Assembly: GCA_963827275.1 (NCBI GenBank)
Contig: CAWHAA010000010.1
Span: 320,001-384,000, forward strand
Source: an uncultured Spirochaetota bacterium
GTDB taxonomy: Bacteria; Spirochaetota; UBA4802; UBA5550
Length of the DNA stretch: 64,000 nucleotides
Direction of reading: 5' to 3'
Shown: in pieces, positions 24,926-34,937 of the stretch
How positions within the stretch are numbered: position 1 is the first letter of the stretch
Layout: each line of letters opens with the position of its first letter
Notes under the pieces: model-generated
The model's database searches: none
The model's input: the letters and a program-made list of their open reading frames with translations, nothing else
Told to the model about the DNA's origin: nothing
Position numbers and translations under genes: made by a program

Positions 24926-27298
24926 ATGCGCTACTACAATGACAGAAAAAAATACATCATCGCGGGGGCGATCCTTCTCCTGCTGTGCATCGGAATACCG
25001 ATACTGGTCATCACCCTCCTCCTGAACCGCCCCGGTGATGAAATCACCGACATGCGGCTGAGGCAGATCGAGGGATACGAGCGGGTGCTCGAGGCCAATC
25101 CCGCCGACGTCAACGCCCTCCTCCAGATCGGCAACCTGTACAAGTCGCTCGGCGAATACGACCGCGCCATCGGATACTACCGGAGGGCCCTGAAGCACGA
25201 CCCGGGGAACTACGACGCGCTCAACGAGCTCGGCCACGCGTACGCGCTGAAGGGCGATTATGACCGCGCCATAGACACCTTCAACACCGCGAAACAATTC
25301 AGGCCGTCCCACCCCTCGGCATACAACAAGCTCGGCAACGTGTACGACGACCAGGAAAAATACCGCAAGGCGCTCGATGAGTATCTCAAGGCAAAGAAGG
25401 TGTCGCCGAAGGACCAGGAAAGCTACCGCAATATCGCGCGCCAGAGGCTCAGGAACGGCGATAGCGACGGCGCCATCGCCATACTCGAAAAGGGCATCAA
25501 GGCCAACCCTTCTGACGCGGAAGGATATTACAATCTCGGCAACCTCTATTACGAAATCAAAAAATACGACAAAGCCCTTGAAAATTACGACAGGGCCATC
25601 GACAGGAACCCGAAAAAGTCGAAATATCACCGCGGACGCGGCGAAGCGCTTCTGAAGCTCGGCAAGACAGACGATGCCTCCGCTGCCTTCATGAAGGCCC
25701 TCAGCGTTGACCCGACGGACGCCATTGCGGCTGAGCGCCTGGGCGACCTGCACGGGGTGAAGGGCGACTGGGGAAACGCGGCGCGGTATTACCGCAAGGC
25801 CCTCGCCTATAACGGCAGGGACAAAAACCTGAAAAAAAAATACGATGATGCGCTCCGCCGCCTCAAGGGAGAGGTGGGTGACCGCACGGCAACCCCGGCA
25901 ACGGTTATCGAAAAGAGAGTGGAAATCGAAAAAACACCGGCCGGAGCCATCAGGCCGGACCGCATCCCGCAAGAGACAAATGGCGACAGGGGCCTTGCCG
26001 CGGCAAAGGCGTCAAAACCGGCATCGCACTGGCGTGAAATCGGCGACAGGAAGCGCGCCGAAAAGGACTATGACGGCGCCCTGGAGGCGTACGGCAAGGC
26101 GGTTGAAGCCGACGAACGCGACGACCATTCATGGTACTGGACCGGGAGGATCCTCTACAGCAAAAAAGAGTATGACCCCGCCGCGGACGCTTTTGTGAAG
26201 GCCGTCGCCGCCAACCCTGTGCACGCCGATGCGCACTACCACCTGGGGCTGATTTACTACATGAAACAGAAATACCGGCCGGCCTATAACTCCTTCAGCC
26301 GGGCCATCAGCGCGAAAACGGTCTTTGCGAAGGCCTATTACTCACGCGGGCTCTCTAACGTCCAGCTCCAGAACAGGGCGGGCGCGATCAGCGACTTCAA
26401 AAAAGCGATCGAGCAGGACCCGACCCTGGACCGGGCATACTTCAACCTGGGGACCGTCTATTTCGACGGGAAGAATTACCCGAAGGCCCTCGAGTATCTC
26501 AAAATGGACCTGGAGCGCCGTCCCAATAATCCCGACACGAACTTCAAGATCGGCGAGACGTACCACGAGATGAAGGACTACTCTAACGCCATCAAGTACT
26601 ACGGGCATACCATCGAATTTGACCCGGACCACTACCAGTCCTTCTTCAACCTCGGCCTGGTCTATTACCACAAGGGCGACTACGCCCGCTCGATCGAGAT
26701 GCATACGAAGGCCTCCAGGATCAAGGAAGGCGACTACGCGCCCTACTACGAAATGGGAAAAGCGTACGACGCGCTGAGAAACCAGGAGAAGGCCATGGAG
26801 TGCTACGAAAAGGCCATCGACCTGAACCCCAGGGACACCAAGGCGTATATCAACCTGGGCACGATCTACTCAAAGAACAACCAGTATGACCGCGCCATAG
26901 AGCTGTACCGGAAAGCGGTGGACCGGAACCCGGAATCATTCACGGCGCACCACAACCTCGCCAACACGTACCGCGAATCGAAGCAGTACGCCAGCGCCAT
27001 CGACGAGTACAAAAAGGCGCTGCAGATCAAGCCGCTCGACGCGCAAACACACTTTTTCCTCGGCCTGTCGCACCGTGACGCCGGCCATCATGCAGAGGCG
27101 GCGCAATCCTTTGAAAAGGCCCTCGCCCTCGACAGCTCCTTGTACGACGCCCACGAGGAGCTGGGGATGATATATTACCGTAAGATAAAAAACAGTGAAA
27201 AGGCTTTACAACATTTTGAAAAACTGCTCTCTGTCAGACCGAATCATCCGAGGGCGCGCGAGATACAGAACATCATCAGCGCCCTTAAAAACAATTGA
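24926..27298 (+). CDS. Large membrane-anchored TPR protein
   Basis: N-terminal TM helix; two long TPR arrays separated by a Pro/Ala-rich linker. Confidence 0.92.
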   Translation: MRYYNDRKKYIIAGAILLLLCIGIPILVITLLLNRPGDEITDMRLRQIEGYERVLEANPADVNALLQIGNLYKSLGEYDRAIGYYRRALKHDPGNYDALNELGHAYALKGDYDRAIDTFNTAKQFRPSHPSAYNKLGNVYDDQEKYRKALDEYLKAKKVSPKDQESYRNIARQRLRNGDSDGAIAILEKGIKANPSDAEGYYNLGNLYYEIKKYDKALENYDRAIDRNPKKSKYHRGRGEALLKLGKTDDASAAFMKALSVDPTDAIAAERLGDLHGVKGDWGNAARYYRKALAYNGRDKNLKKKYDDALRRLKGEVGDRTATPATVIEKRVEIEKTPAGAIRPDRIPQETNGDRGLAAAKASKPASHWREIGDRKRAEKDYDGALEAYGKAVEADERDDHSWYWTGRILYSKKEYDPAADAFVKAVAANPVHADAHYHLGLIYYMKQKYRPAYNSFSRAISAKTVFAKAYYSRGLSNVQLQNRAGAISDFKKAIEQDPTLDRAYFNLGTVYFDGKNYPKALEYLKMDLERRPNNPDTNFKIGETYHEMKDYSNAIKYYGHTIEFDPDHYQSFFNLGLVYYHKGDYARSIEMHTKASRIKEGDYAPYYEMGKAYDALRNQEKAMECYEKAIDLNPRDTKAYINLGTIYSKNNQYDRAIELYRKAVDRNPESFTAHHNLANTYRESKQYASAIDEYKKALQIKPLDAQTHFFLGLSHRDAGHHAEAAQSFEKALALDSSLYDAHEELGMIYYRKIKNSEKALQHFEKLLSVRPNHPRAREIQNIISALKNN

Positions 27299-27312
27299 AC
27301 GCGTGGTAAGAC

Positions 27313-27834
27313 ATGAAACGATTACTCAGACATGCAATCATCGGCATACTCGTCGCACTCCCCTTCTGGCTTTCCCACTGCACGCCGCAGCTCCGGGACG
27401 CGATCGACATCACGACGAACGGCTTCGTCAGCGACAGCCACTTCCAGGCACTCATTGAGATCGCCCCCGATGAAGCCAGCCGGGGGCTGGTCGCGCGAAG
27501 AGAGAGCGCATATCTCAGGGCAAAGAGCGCGCGTTTAAACGACATGGCGTTCGAGAGCCTGGTCAATTATTGTATTGACAGCCAGATCAAAACCGGTATT
27601 CTTGAGAAGAACCGTAAGGACTTCGATCTTGCCGCCCACCGCACGGCGCTGGCGGATAAATTGAAGGGGACGGTGCGGCACGGTAAAATAGCATTCGTGT
27701 ATTACAATGAAAAGAACGCCATGATCATAGGGTACCGGGTCTTCGCGATCGGCTTCAGGAAGAAGGTTGACGCAATCATCGCAGCCCCTGCCGCCGGCGG
27801 GCAGGAGAGCCAGGCTACCCCTGCGAGGAGTTAA
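27313..27834 (+). CDS. Hypothetical lipoprotein
   Basis: Signal ending WLSHC; operonic spacing. Confidence 0.75.
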   Translation: MKRLLRHAIIGILVALPFWLSHCTPQLRDAIDITTNGFVSDSHFQALIEIAPDEASRGLVARRESAYLRAKSARLNDMAFESLVNYCIDSQIKTGILEKNRKDFDLAAHRTALADKLKGTVRHGKIAFVYYNEKNAMIIGYRVFAIGFRKKVDAIIAAPAAGGQESQATPARS

Positions 27835-27837
27835 CCA

Positions 27838-28296
27838 ATGAACGGAAAATCAATCGGCCCGATGGCACTGGCGGCGGTCATTGCTGCCATCTGTATTTCA
27901 TCCTGCTTGAAAGAGAACAAAAAGGCCGTCACGCCGGAAGCGGAAGAGATCCCACTCAGCGACGTCGATATTGAAAAAAAATACCTCTCGGAAGGCTTCA
28001 TTTCTCCCGACCTCTACCGGATCGTGATCGTTATGACTAAAGACCAATCGGCGACCGTGCCGGACATGGTGCTGTTCAAGGCCCGGAAGCGCGCGCAGGT
28101 TTCACTGGAGCGATGCATGGATGCGAGCGGCACAACCGCGGACAGGAATATCAGGGCGGAGATACTTTCGCTGATTGATCAAAACGGGAGCATAGAAAAA
28201 AAAGATATAGAGCAGAGCCGGTATTCCGTTTACTATTTCGATATTGTCAGAAAGAACCTGAAGAACCACCTGAAGAACATTTCTGCCGCCAGATGA
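27838..28296 (+). CDS. Hypothetical lipoprotein
   Basis: Signal ending ISSC; GAGGAG RBS. Confidence 0.75.
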   Translation: MNGKSIGPMALAAVIAAICISSCLKENKKAVTPEAEEIPLSDVDIEKKYLSEGFISPDLYRIVIVMTKDQSATVPDMVLFKARKRAQVSLERCMDASGTTADRNIRAEILSLIDQNGSIEKKDIEQSRYSVYYFDIVRKNLKNHLKNISAAR

Positions 28297-28319
28297 CGTG
28301 TGCCGCCCCGCCGCCGTCC

Positions 28320-28877
28320 CTATTCTGAATATATATAGTAGGACAGGTTTTTCAGAATAAACAGGTCGAGCAGTTCCCTCTGCGGGCCGTACAGGCTGCT
28401 GAACATTATTCCTATTCCGAAATCTCCTTCATCTTCCTTGTCGGTCCGAATCACCATCGCCAGGGCCTCGATGCCGTTGAATTCCGAGTCTATTCCTTTC
28501 AGGTCGATGAGTACCTTTATTATAGACGAAATTTCGATCGGCTTCCCGGATTTGAAATACAGCCCGCCCCTGCTGATGTTGAGTATCTTCCCGACAAACT
28601 CGATGGCGCTGGTGTCATCGCCTGAAGACTCAATCAGGGTATCGATGATGCGTATCGGGATCTCGACCTCGAGCCTGAAAAATTTTCTCCTGCTGGTGGC
28701 CCCCTGGTCGCTGTAATTCCTCAGCAGCCATTCATCGAACTTATTATCAAACCAGTCGATCATGGACTCATCGAACGTTGTTCCCGGCGCATGCAACTCT
28801 TTCGAGGCATGGTATTTTTTTATTTCATTTTTTATGTCGCCGGACAACTTTTCGTATTTTATGTAGTTATGTTTCAT
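28320..28877 (-). CDS. PilZ-domain c-di-GMP-binding protein (start could be 28901)
   Basis: RRKFFR (RxxxR) and NISRGG (D/NxSxxG), GIGIMF. Confidence 0.88.
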   Translation of the reverse strand: MKHNYIKYEKLSGDIKNEIKKYHASKELHAPGTTFDESMIDWFDNKFDEWLLRNYSDQGATSRRKFFRLEVEIPIRIIDTLIESSGDDTSAIEFVGKILNISRGGLYFKSGKPIEISSIIKVLIDLKGIDSEFNGIEALAMVIRTDKEDEGDFGIGIMFSSLYGPQRELLDLFILKNLSYYIYSE

Positions 28878-29170
28878 ACACCGATACTCCACGATTTTCA
28901 TCTGGGTGAATCACTATGTCGCACCGGGAAAAAAAGCACAACACATAAATTTTTAATTTTACTCAAATAAAAACAAAATATTTTCTTGAAATAATTCGAT
29001 ATTAATAGTAGGGTTCATTATTTCATGGACAATATTTTGGTTTCTGTTGGTTTTTAAATCTGACCGTGCAGGACGGATTTTCCCATTCTGCAACATTCAG
29101 AATTGACCGGCTGATTCATGAAATAATCCTCCAATAGCGCACAATACTGAATTATACAGAGATATCGACC

Positions 29171-30925
29171 ATGGGTAAAATACACATCCTCGTTCTTGCT
29201 GCAGCCTTCTGTTTGTTAACGGCATCGGCGCACTCGACACCGGAAATCCAGTCAGAGATACAACAACCAAAATCCATACAGAACATATTAGACTCTGAGA
29301 ACAACAAGGCGACACGGGACAGGATGTACGAAATAGTAAACCGGATAGACGCGACCTACGCAAACCTCTACGAAAAAATGAAGAACGGAAAAAAACTGGT
29401 CATCTTCATTGACCCGGCCCACGGGAAGCTCCCCAATGGCCAGTGGCAGGGCGGCGATGCAACGCGCCGGACGAGCTGCACAGGACTGCCGGAGGAATAT
29501 TATTCCATCCTCCTCTCGCGAAAAATCTACGGGATGCTAAGCAGGAATAAATTTATTGAAGTGAAATCAACTGACGATTTCATGGAAGTGCTGAAAGGCG
29601 CCAGCGACACGTACCGCGATATCCCCTTCCCGAAGACGGTTGAGCTCGCCGACAAGGCCGGCGCATTCATAATCATATCCGAGCACCTGAACAACATATC
29701 GGTGGCCTACAAGGCAGACGGCAGGGTGAATCTGCCGGGGATACATGTCACCCGCAACGGGTACGGATGGAAGATGCTGCAGTTCGTACGCGACACCTAT
29801 TCGGGATTTTTGACCCTCTACAACAAGGTCGATGCCAGCGGATTTTCGCGCGTCTACGCCCTGAAGCTGAAGACCATGCTGGAATCCAGGGGGCTTAAGC
29901 CCAACAGCTGGAACTTTGGCGCTGTCGGCGATACGAGGTTCAGCTACTTCATCGACTTCCCGATGTCCGTCATATACGAGTCGGGGTTCATTTCACACCC
30001 CGAAGAGGAGAAGAAGCTGAAGGACCCTGAGCACATCGAAAAAATCGTAAGCTCGCAATACAACGCCCTCCTTGAGACCATAAAGGAAATTTTCGCCGTT
30101 GACCTGTCCGGCGATACCGTGAAAACCGCGGGCAACGCCAGCCCCGAGCGGATCGAACTGCTCAAGCTTTCACGCCTGGCCATCTACTACATCCAGGCGG
30201 TCGATTCCGGCAAGGCGATCCAGGTCATCCGCGAGCTGGAGCGTAAATATTCCGGCTCAAGATACGGTGAATACACATACTTTTTCTCCACTATAAAGAA
30301 CAATCTCGTCCTCTCGTCCCGCTACTTTCAGATGGCGGCGAAATACAAGCGCCAGAAAAAATCAAGGCTCGCGCGGCGATATTATTCGCTCGCGCGGCGA
30401 TACATCATGCGGGCGCCCATCTTCGCGAAAATGCACGCCCGCTACCATGCCGAAATGCGCAGTGCCGGACTTACCGGGTCACCCGTAAAGGAGTCTGCCG
30501 TAGAAATCGTGCCGGCCGTCAAATCAAGCGGCCCTGTCTTCGTCGCGAAAGCGCCGCTCCGCCGGAGCATCATCCTTCCCATCGAGCAGAACCAGAGCCT
30601 CGAGAAGGCGATCCAGCTTGCCCTGGGCCCTGACGAGGACACCCTGAAGCGGCTCGTGAAGTCCTTCAGCAACGCAAAGAACTATTCGAAAACAAAGACA
30701 TATGTCTATTCAAAGAAAAAAAAGAAACGCATCACCAAATGGGTCAAGTCACCCCGGAAGGTCAAGTTCGGTAGCGGCATCTATATTGTCAAACTCGACG
30801 GCAATTACAACGTGATTGGCGCGCGGTACGTCTCCCGGGTGCCGCTCAATCCCGGGCAGTACCAGAACCAGCAGTACCTGAAAAACTCATATTTCGCCCA
30901 TGACCACAAAGAGAGATCACTGTAA
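29171..30925 (+). CDS. Secreted N-acetylmuramoyl-L-alanine amidase-like protein (Amidase_3) with long basic C-terminal region
   Basis: IFIDPAHG, PEE, SEHLN, YESGFISHPEEEKKL; signal peptide. Confidence 0.7.
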   Translation: MGKIHILVLAAAFCLLTASAHSTPEIQSEIQQPKSIQNILDSENNKATRDRMYEIVNRIDATYANLYEKMKNGKKLVIFIDPAHGKLPNGQWQGGDATRRTSCTGLPEEYYSILLSRKIYGMLSRNKFIEVKSTDDFMEVLKGASDTYRDIPFPKTVELADKAGAFIIISEHLNNISVAYKADGRVNLPGIHVTRNGYGWKMLQFVRDTYSGFLTLYNKVDASGFSRVYALKLKTMLESRGLKPNSWNFGAVGDTRFSYFIDFPMSVIYESGFISHPEEEKKLKDPEHIEKIVSSQYNALLETIKEIFAVDLSGDTVKTAGNASPERIELLKLSRLAIYYIQAVDSGKAIQVIRELERKYSGSRYGEYTYFFSTIKNNLVLSSRYFQMAAKYKRQKKSRLARRYYSLARRYIMRAPIFAKMHARYHAEMRSAGLTGSPVKESAVEIVPAVKSSGPVFVAKAPLRRSIILPIEQNQSLEKAIQLALGPDEDTLKRLVKSFSNAKNYSKTKTYVYSKKKKKRITKWVKSPRKVKFGSGIYIVKLDGNYNVIGARYVSRVPLNPGQYQNQQYLKNSYFAHDHKERSL

Positions 30926-30944
30926 TGCCGGCAGACCGGCCGGC

Positions 30945-31871
30945 ATGACATATAACTCCTTCAGCGAATATCTCCGTGAAAAATACCTGTGCCGTGTCCT
31001 GAAAATCCCGATCAACGCCGGCCTCTCCTGTCCCAACCGCGACGGCTCAATCGGCAGTGAAGGCTGCCTGTTCTGCTCCGCCGACGGATCGGCATCGCCC
31101 GGCATGTCCGTCTCCATGCCGATACCCGGGCAGATCGAATCCGCGAAACGCGCATTCAAGCGCGCCGACGAGCGAACGAGGTACATCGCCTATTTTCAGG
31201 CCTTTACCAACACGAACGCCCCGCCCGCCCGGCTGAAAGAGCTCTATGACATCGCGCTGGCGCAGCAGGACGTGATCGGCCTCATGATAGGAACCCGGCC
31301 CGACTGTCTGCCCGACGATATCCTGGACCTGATCGCCTCCTACCGGAAAGAAGGGCGCGAGCTGTGGCTCGAGATCGGGATGCAGTCCAGCCATGATAAA
31401 AGCCTTGATTTCCTGCGCCGCGGCCATACCAATGGCGATACGATCAACGCGGTCAGGCGGGCGGCGCAGCGGGAAATCCCGGTATGCGTCCACCTCATAC
31501 TGGGTATCCCCGGCGAGACCTGGGAAGACATGATGGCCACGGCGCGGTGCGTACGCGGCCTGCCGGTCAGCGGGGTGAAATTTCACCACCTGCATGTCAT
31601 ACGGGGCACCGCGCTCGAGGAATTGTACCGCGCTGGCCTCATGGGCACCCTCTCGATGAAAGAGTATGTTTCCATACTGTGCGATTTCATTGAGCGGATT
31701 CCGCCCGCGGTCCTGGTCCACCGGCTCATGGGCGATCGAGAGGAAAACACGCTCGTTGCCCCCCGGTGGGGCCTTCACAAGGGAACGGTGCAGAAAGCCA
31801 TAGACGATGAATTCCGCAGGCGGTGCACGTTCCAGGGATTCCTTATCGACAGGGACGGTACAGATACATGA
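30945..31871 (+). CDS. TIGR01212/YhcC-family radical SAM protein
   Basis: CPNRDG...GCLFC, YFQAFTNT, GTRPDC, HLILGIPGE. Confidence 0.93.
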   Translation: MTYNSFSEYLREKYLCRVLKIPINAGLSCPNRDGSIGSEGCLFCSADGSASPGMSVSMPIPGQIESAKRAFKRADERTRYIAYFQAFTNTNAPPARLKELYDIALAQQDVIGLMIGTRPDCLPDDILDLIASYRKEGRELWLEIGMQSSHDKSLDFLRRGHTNGDTINAVRRAAQREIPVCVHLILGIPGETWEDMMATARCVRGLPVSGVKFHHLHVIRGTALEELYRAGLMGTLSMKEYVSILCDFIERIPPAVLVHRLMGDREENTLVAPRWGLHKGTVQKAIDDEFRRRCTFQGFLIDRDGTDT

Positions 31872-32938
31872 AAATAGCCGTGGCCATGAGCGGCGGCCTC
31901 GATTCGTCGATGGCGGCGCTGCTGCTGCGCGAAGCGGGCCATGAGGTCGTGGGTATCACAGCGGACCTCTCGGCCGGCCTTGTCAGCAGGCACCACGGCC
32001 CATCCGCCGTGCCCGATAACGCCGGCGCGGCACGTCATATCGCCGATGCCTACGGATTTCCCCTGCACGTACTGGACCTTGAGGAAGCCTTTGTGTCCCT
32101 TGTCATCGCGCCATTCTGCCGCGACTACCTGCAGGGCCGCACCCCGAACCCGTGCGTCCGGTGCAATCCCCTCATCAAATTCGGCCGCCTGCTCGAATAC
32201 GCGAAATCGCTCGGGTGCGAAAAAATGGCGACCGGCCATTACGCCCTGATCAGGACCTCCGATGCCGGGAGGCGGTATGTGGCGAGGGGCGCCGAAACCG
32301 CGAAGGACCAGACCTACTTCCTTTACATGCTCACGCAGGAGAGCCTGGGCAGTTCCCTCTTCCCGCTCGGCGGGTACACGAAGGAACAGGTGCGCAGCAT
32401 GGCCGGGACACGGGGGCTGGACGTCGCGAAGCGTCCCGAGAGCCAGGAGATATGCTTCATCCCCGACAACCGCTACGCAGACTTTATCGAGCGGGAAACC
32501 GGCGCCGGCAGGGGACCGGGGGATATCGTTGATTCGAACGGCGCAGTGATCGGCAGACACCGCGGCATTCACCGCTACACGATCGGGCAGCGCAGGGGCC
32601 TGGGCATAGCGGCGCCCCGCCCCCTCTATGTCGTCAGCATCGATCCGGAAAAGAACCGCATCATCGCCGGGCCGCAGGAAGAACTCGAGACGACCGCCCT
32701 TGTCGCCGGTGACATCCATTATATGAAAGAAACGGACCTGCGCGACCGGGACGTCCTGGTTAAAACGCGGTCCACCCAGCCGCCGGTGGCGGCGCGGCTC
32801 ACTGCAGCGAACGGCGGGCTGCTGGTCACGTTCGGCGAGCCGCAAATCGGCATTTCTCCCGGGCAGGCGGCGGTCTTTTACAATGAGGCGATGGAAGTAC
32901 TGGGAGGCGGCGTCATAGAACGGGCCATGCGCGGGTGA
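31868..32938 (+). CDS. mnmA: tRNA 2-thiouridine(34) synthase
   Basis: AMSGGLDSS, TPNPCVRCN, ATGHY, KDQTYFL, ESQEICF, TIGQRRGL, PGQAAVFY. Confidence 0.97.
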   Translation: MKIAVAMSGGLDSSMAALLLREAGHEVVGITADLSAGLVSRHHGPSAVPDNAGAARHIADAYGFPLHVLDLEEAFVSLVIAPFCRDYLQGRTPNPCVRCNPLIKFGRLLEYAKSLGCEKMATGHYALIRTSDAGRRYVARGAETAKDQTYFLYMLTQESLGSSLFPLGGYTKEQVRSMAGTRGLDVAKRPESQEICFIPDNRYADFIERETGAGRGPGDIVDSNGAVIGRHRGIHRYTIGQRRGLGIAAPRPLYVVSIDPEKNRIIAGPQEELETTALVAGDIHYMKETDLRDRDVLVKTRSTQPPVAARLTAANGGLLVTFGEPQIGISPGQAAVFYNEAMEVLGGGVIERAMRG

Positions 32939-32991
32939 ATGCCACGCAGCGACAGCATGATATTCACATCCTTCGCACAAGGAGCTCCACC

Positions 32992-33978
32992 ATGAAGAAA
33001 ATAATTGCATCATTCCTGCTTGCCCTGCTGGCCCCGCTGGTTTCGGCCGGGTGCGGCGACATGGACCTGTATAACAGCCTGCTGATCCCCGAACCGCCGC
33101 CGGTCCAGGGGAGCGTGCGCATGACCTGGCTCGGCACCGCAGGCGTCCTGCTAACCGACGGGAAAACCGGCATCCTGATAGATCCCTATGTGAGCAGGTT
33201 CGGGATGCGTGCGATCGCACTCGGTTCTCCGCTGGAGCCCGACCGCGCGCTCATAAAAAAATGGTGCGGGGACCTGGCGGGCGACGGTCAAAAAATTGCC
33301 GCGATCATCGTAAGCCACAGCCACTTCGATCATGCAGCGGACGCTCCCTTTTTCGCACTTGAGACAGGCGCCCCGCTCATCGGGACGGAGAGCACCATGA
33401 ATATCGGCAGGGGCGCCGGCCTCCCGGAACGCCTATTGCTCGCGGTGGAGCCGGGCCAAACCATGGAGTTCGGGGACTTTACCGTGCAGTTCATAGAAAG
33501 CGCCCACGGGCCGGCCTTTCTTGGCCGGGTGCCCTATCCCGGTATGATCGACGCGCCCCTTGTCCCGCCCGCGGCGGCGAGCAGGTACAGGCTGGGCGGC
33601 GTTTTCTCACTGCTGATCACCCACCCATCCGGGACGATCCTTCATCATGGAAGCGCCGGCTTCCTGCCAGGCATGTACGATGCCGTAAGGGCTGACGCTG
33701 TCCTTCTCGGCATCACCGGCAGGAAAGACACCGATAACTATCTTGATCAGGTAATGACGGGAACAGGAGCGCGACTCCTTGTGCCGATCCACCATGACAA
33801 TTTCTTCAAGCCGATAGCGGGAGGCATGTCGTTTCTACCCACGGCGGGATTCGATGAATTCTGCAAAACCGCGGCGAAACGCCGACCGGCGTTTTCACTG
33901 CACACGGTACCGCTCGGGAAAGCGGTAGCGATTCTGCCTCTACCGGCCTCAGCCCGGACGCGCGGCCCTGCCAGGTAA
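32992..33978 (+). CDS. Metallo-beta-lactamase-fold hydrolase lipoprotein
   Basis: Lipobox SAGC; WLGTAG, IDPY, HSHFDH, PIHHD; AAGGAG RBS. Confidence 0.88.
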   Translation: MKKIIASFLLALLAPLVSAGCGDMDLYNSLLIPEPPPVQGSVRMTWLGTAGVLLTDGKTGILIDPYVSRFGMRAIALGSPLEPDRALIKKWCGDLAGDGQKIAAIIVSHSHFDHAADAPFFALETGAPLIGTESTMNIGRGAGLPERLLLAVEPGQTMEFGDFTVQFIESAHGPAFLGRVPYPGMIDAPLVPPAAASRYRLGGVFSLLITHPSGTILHHGSAGFLPGMYDAVRADAVLLGITGRKDTDNYLDQVMTGTGARLLVPIHHDNFFKPIAGGMSFLPTAGFDEFCKTAAKRRPAFSLHTVPLGKAVAILPLPASARTRGPAR

Positions 33979-33983
33979 GACGT

Positions 33984-34937
33984 TCAATCGTCAACGCGCT
34001 TTTTCCCGGCATGGGGGTGGAAGCGGTTGAATACCTTTTTAAGCCTTTCCTTTGTCGTGTGGGTGTACACCTGTGTCGTGGAGAGGTTCTTGTGCCCGAG
34101 CATCTCCTGCACCGCCCTGATGTCGGCGCCCTGGTCCAGGAGCTCCGTGGCAAAACTGTGCCGCAGGGTATGGGGCGATACGCGGTCATGCAGGCCGGCG
34201 GCGCGGGCGCGCTTCACCACGATATCATAGGCCCCGCGCACGGTAAGCCGTCCGCCGTCCCGGCCGTTGATGAAGAGAGGGCCCGCCGGAGCGCCGAACT
34301 TCCGCTGCCGTTCGACGAAATACGCGCGGAGGCGCGCGGCCGCGCTTGCCGTGATAAAAACGATGCGCTCCTCTGCCCCCTTGCCCATGACCTTAAGCCG
34401 TCCGCTTGAAAAGTCAAGGTCCGTCATGTCCGCCGAACAGAGCTCGGACACGCGCGCGCCGGTGGAATAGAACGTCTCAAGGAGGGCGCTGTCACGGTAA
34501 TCGATGAACGACGCGCACTCGAAGGCAAGGACGGCGTCCACCTGGTTCAGGTGCAGAAACCTGGGCAGCCTTGACTCCTTTTTCGGGTAGCCGACCTTGA
34601 GCGCGGGGTTCGTCTGCACGACCCCCCGGTTGAAAAGAAAATTGAAGAATGACCTGATAGACGCTATGCGCCGCTCGATGCTCGATCGCTTCAGGCCGCA
34701 GTCGTAGGAATATTCGATAAAGGCGGTTATGTCTTCGGTCCCGATACCCGTTACAGGCACATCGTCATTGTTGACCCGGACCTGCACTTCATAGCGTTCC
34801 CTGGTGCCGGGCCCCATATCGCCCGCCAGGAAACGATAGAACTGCTGGAGGTCCCTGCTATAGGATTCAATCGTTTTTTCCGATGAGTTCTTCTCGATGC
34901 CGAGATACCTCATGAATTGGTCGATTTCAGCTATCAT
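33984..34937 (-). CDS. xerC: Tyrosine recombinase XerC
   Basis: GARVSEL, GKG, HTLRHSFAT, LGH, TQVY; downstream of topA. Confidence 0.88.
   Translation of the reverse strand: MIAEIDQFMRYLGIEKNSSEKTIESYSRDLQQFYRFLAGDMGPGTRERYEVQVRVNNDDVPVTGIGTEDITAFIEYSYDCGLKRSSIERRIASIRSFFNFLFNRGVVQTNPALKVGYPKKESRLPRFLHLNQVDAVLAFECASFIDYRDSALLETFYSTGARVSELCSADMTDLDFSSGRLKVMGKGAEERIVFITASAAARLRAYFVERQRKFGAPAGPLFINGRDGGRLTVRGAYDIVVKRARAAGLHDRVSPHTLRHSFATELLDQGADIRAVQEMLGHKNLSTTQVYTHTTKERLKKVFNRFHPHAGKKRVDD

Noticed and set aside
33984..34937. Phage or ICE integrase
   Set aside because: Size, motifs and position in dprA-topA-xerC indicate chromosomal XerC; no att sites or phage genes
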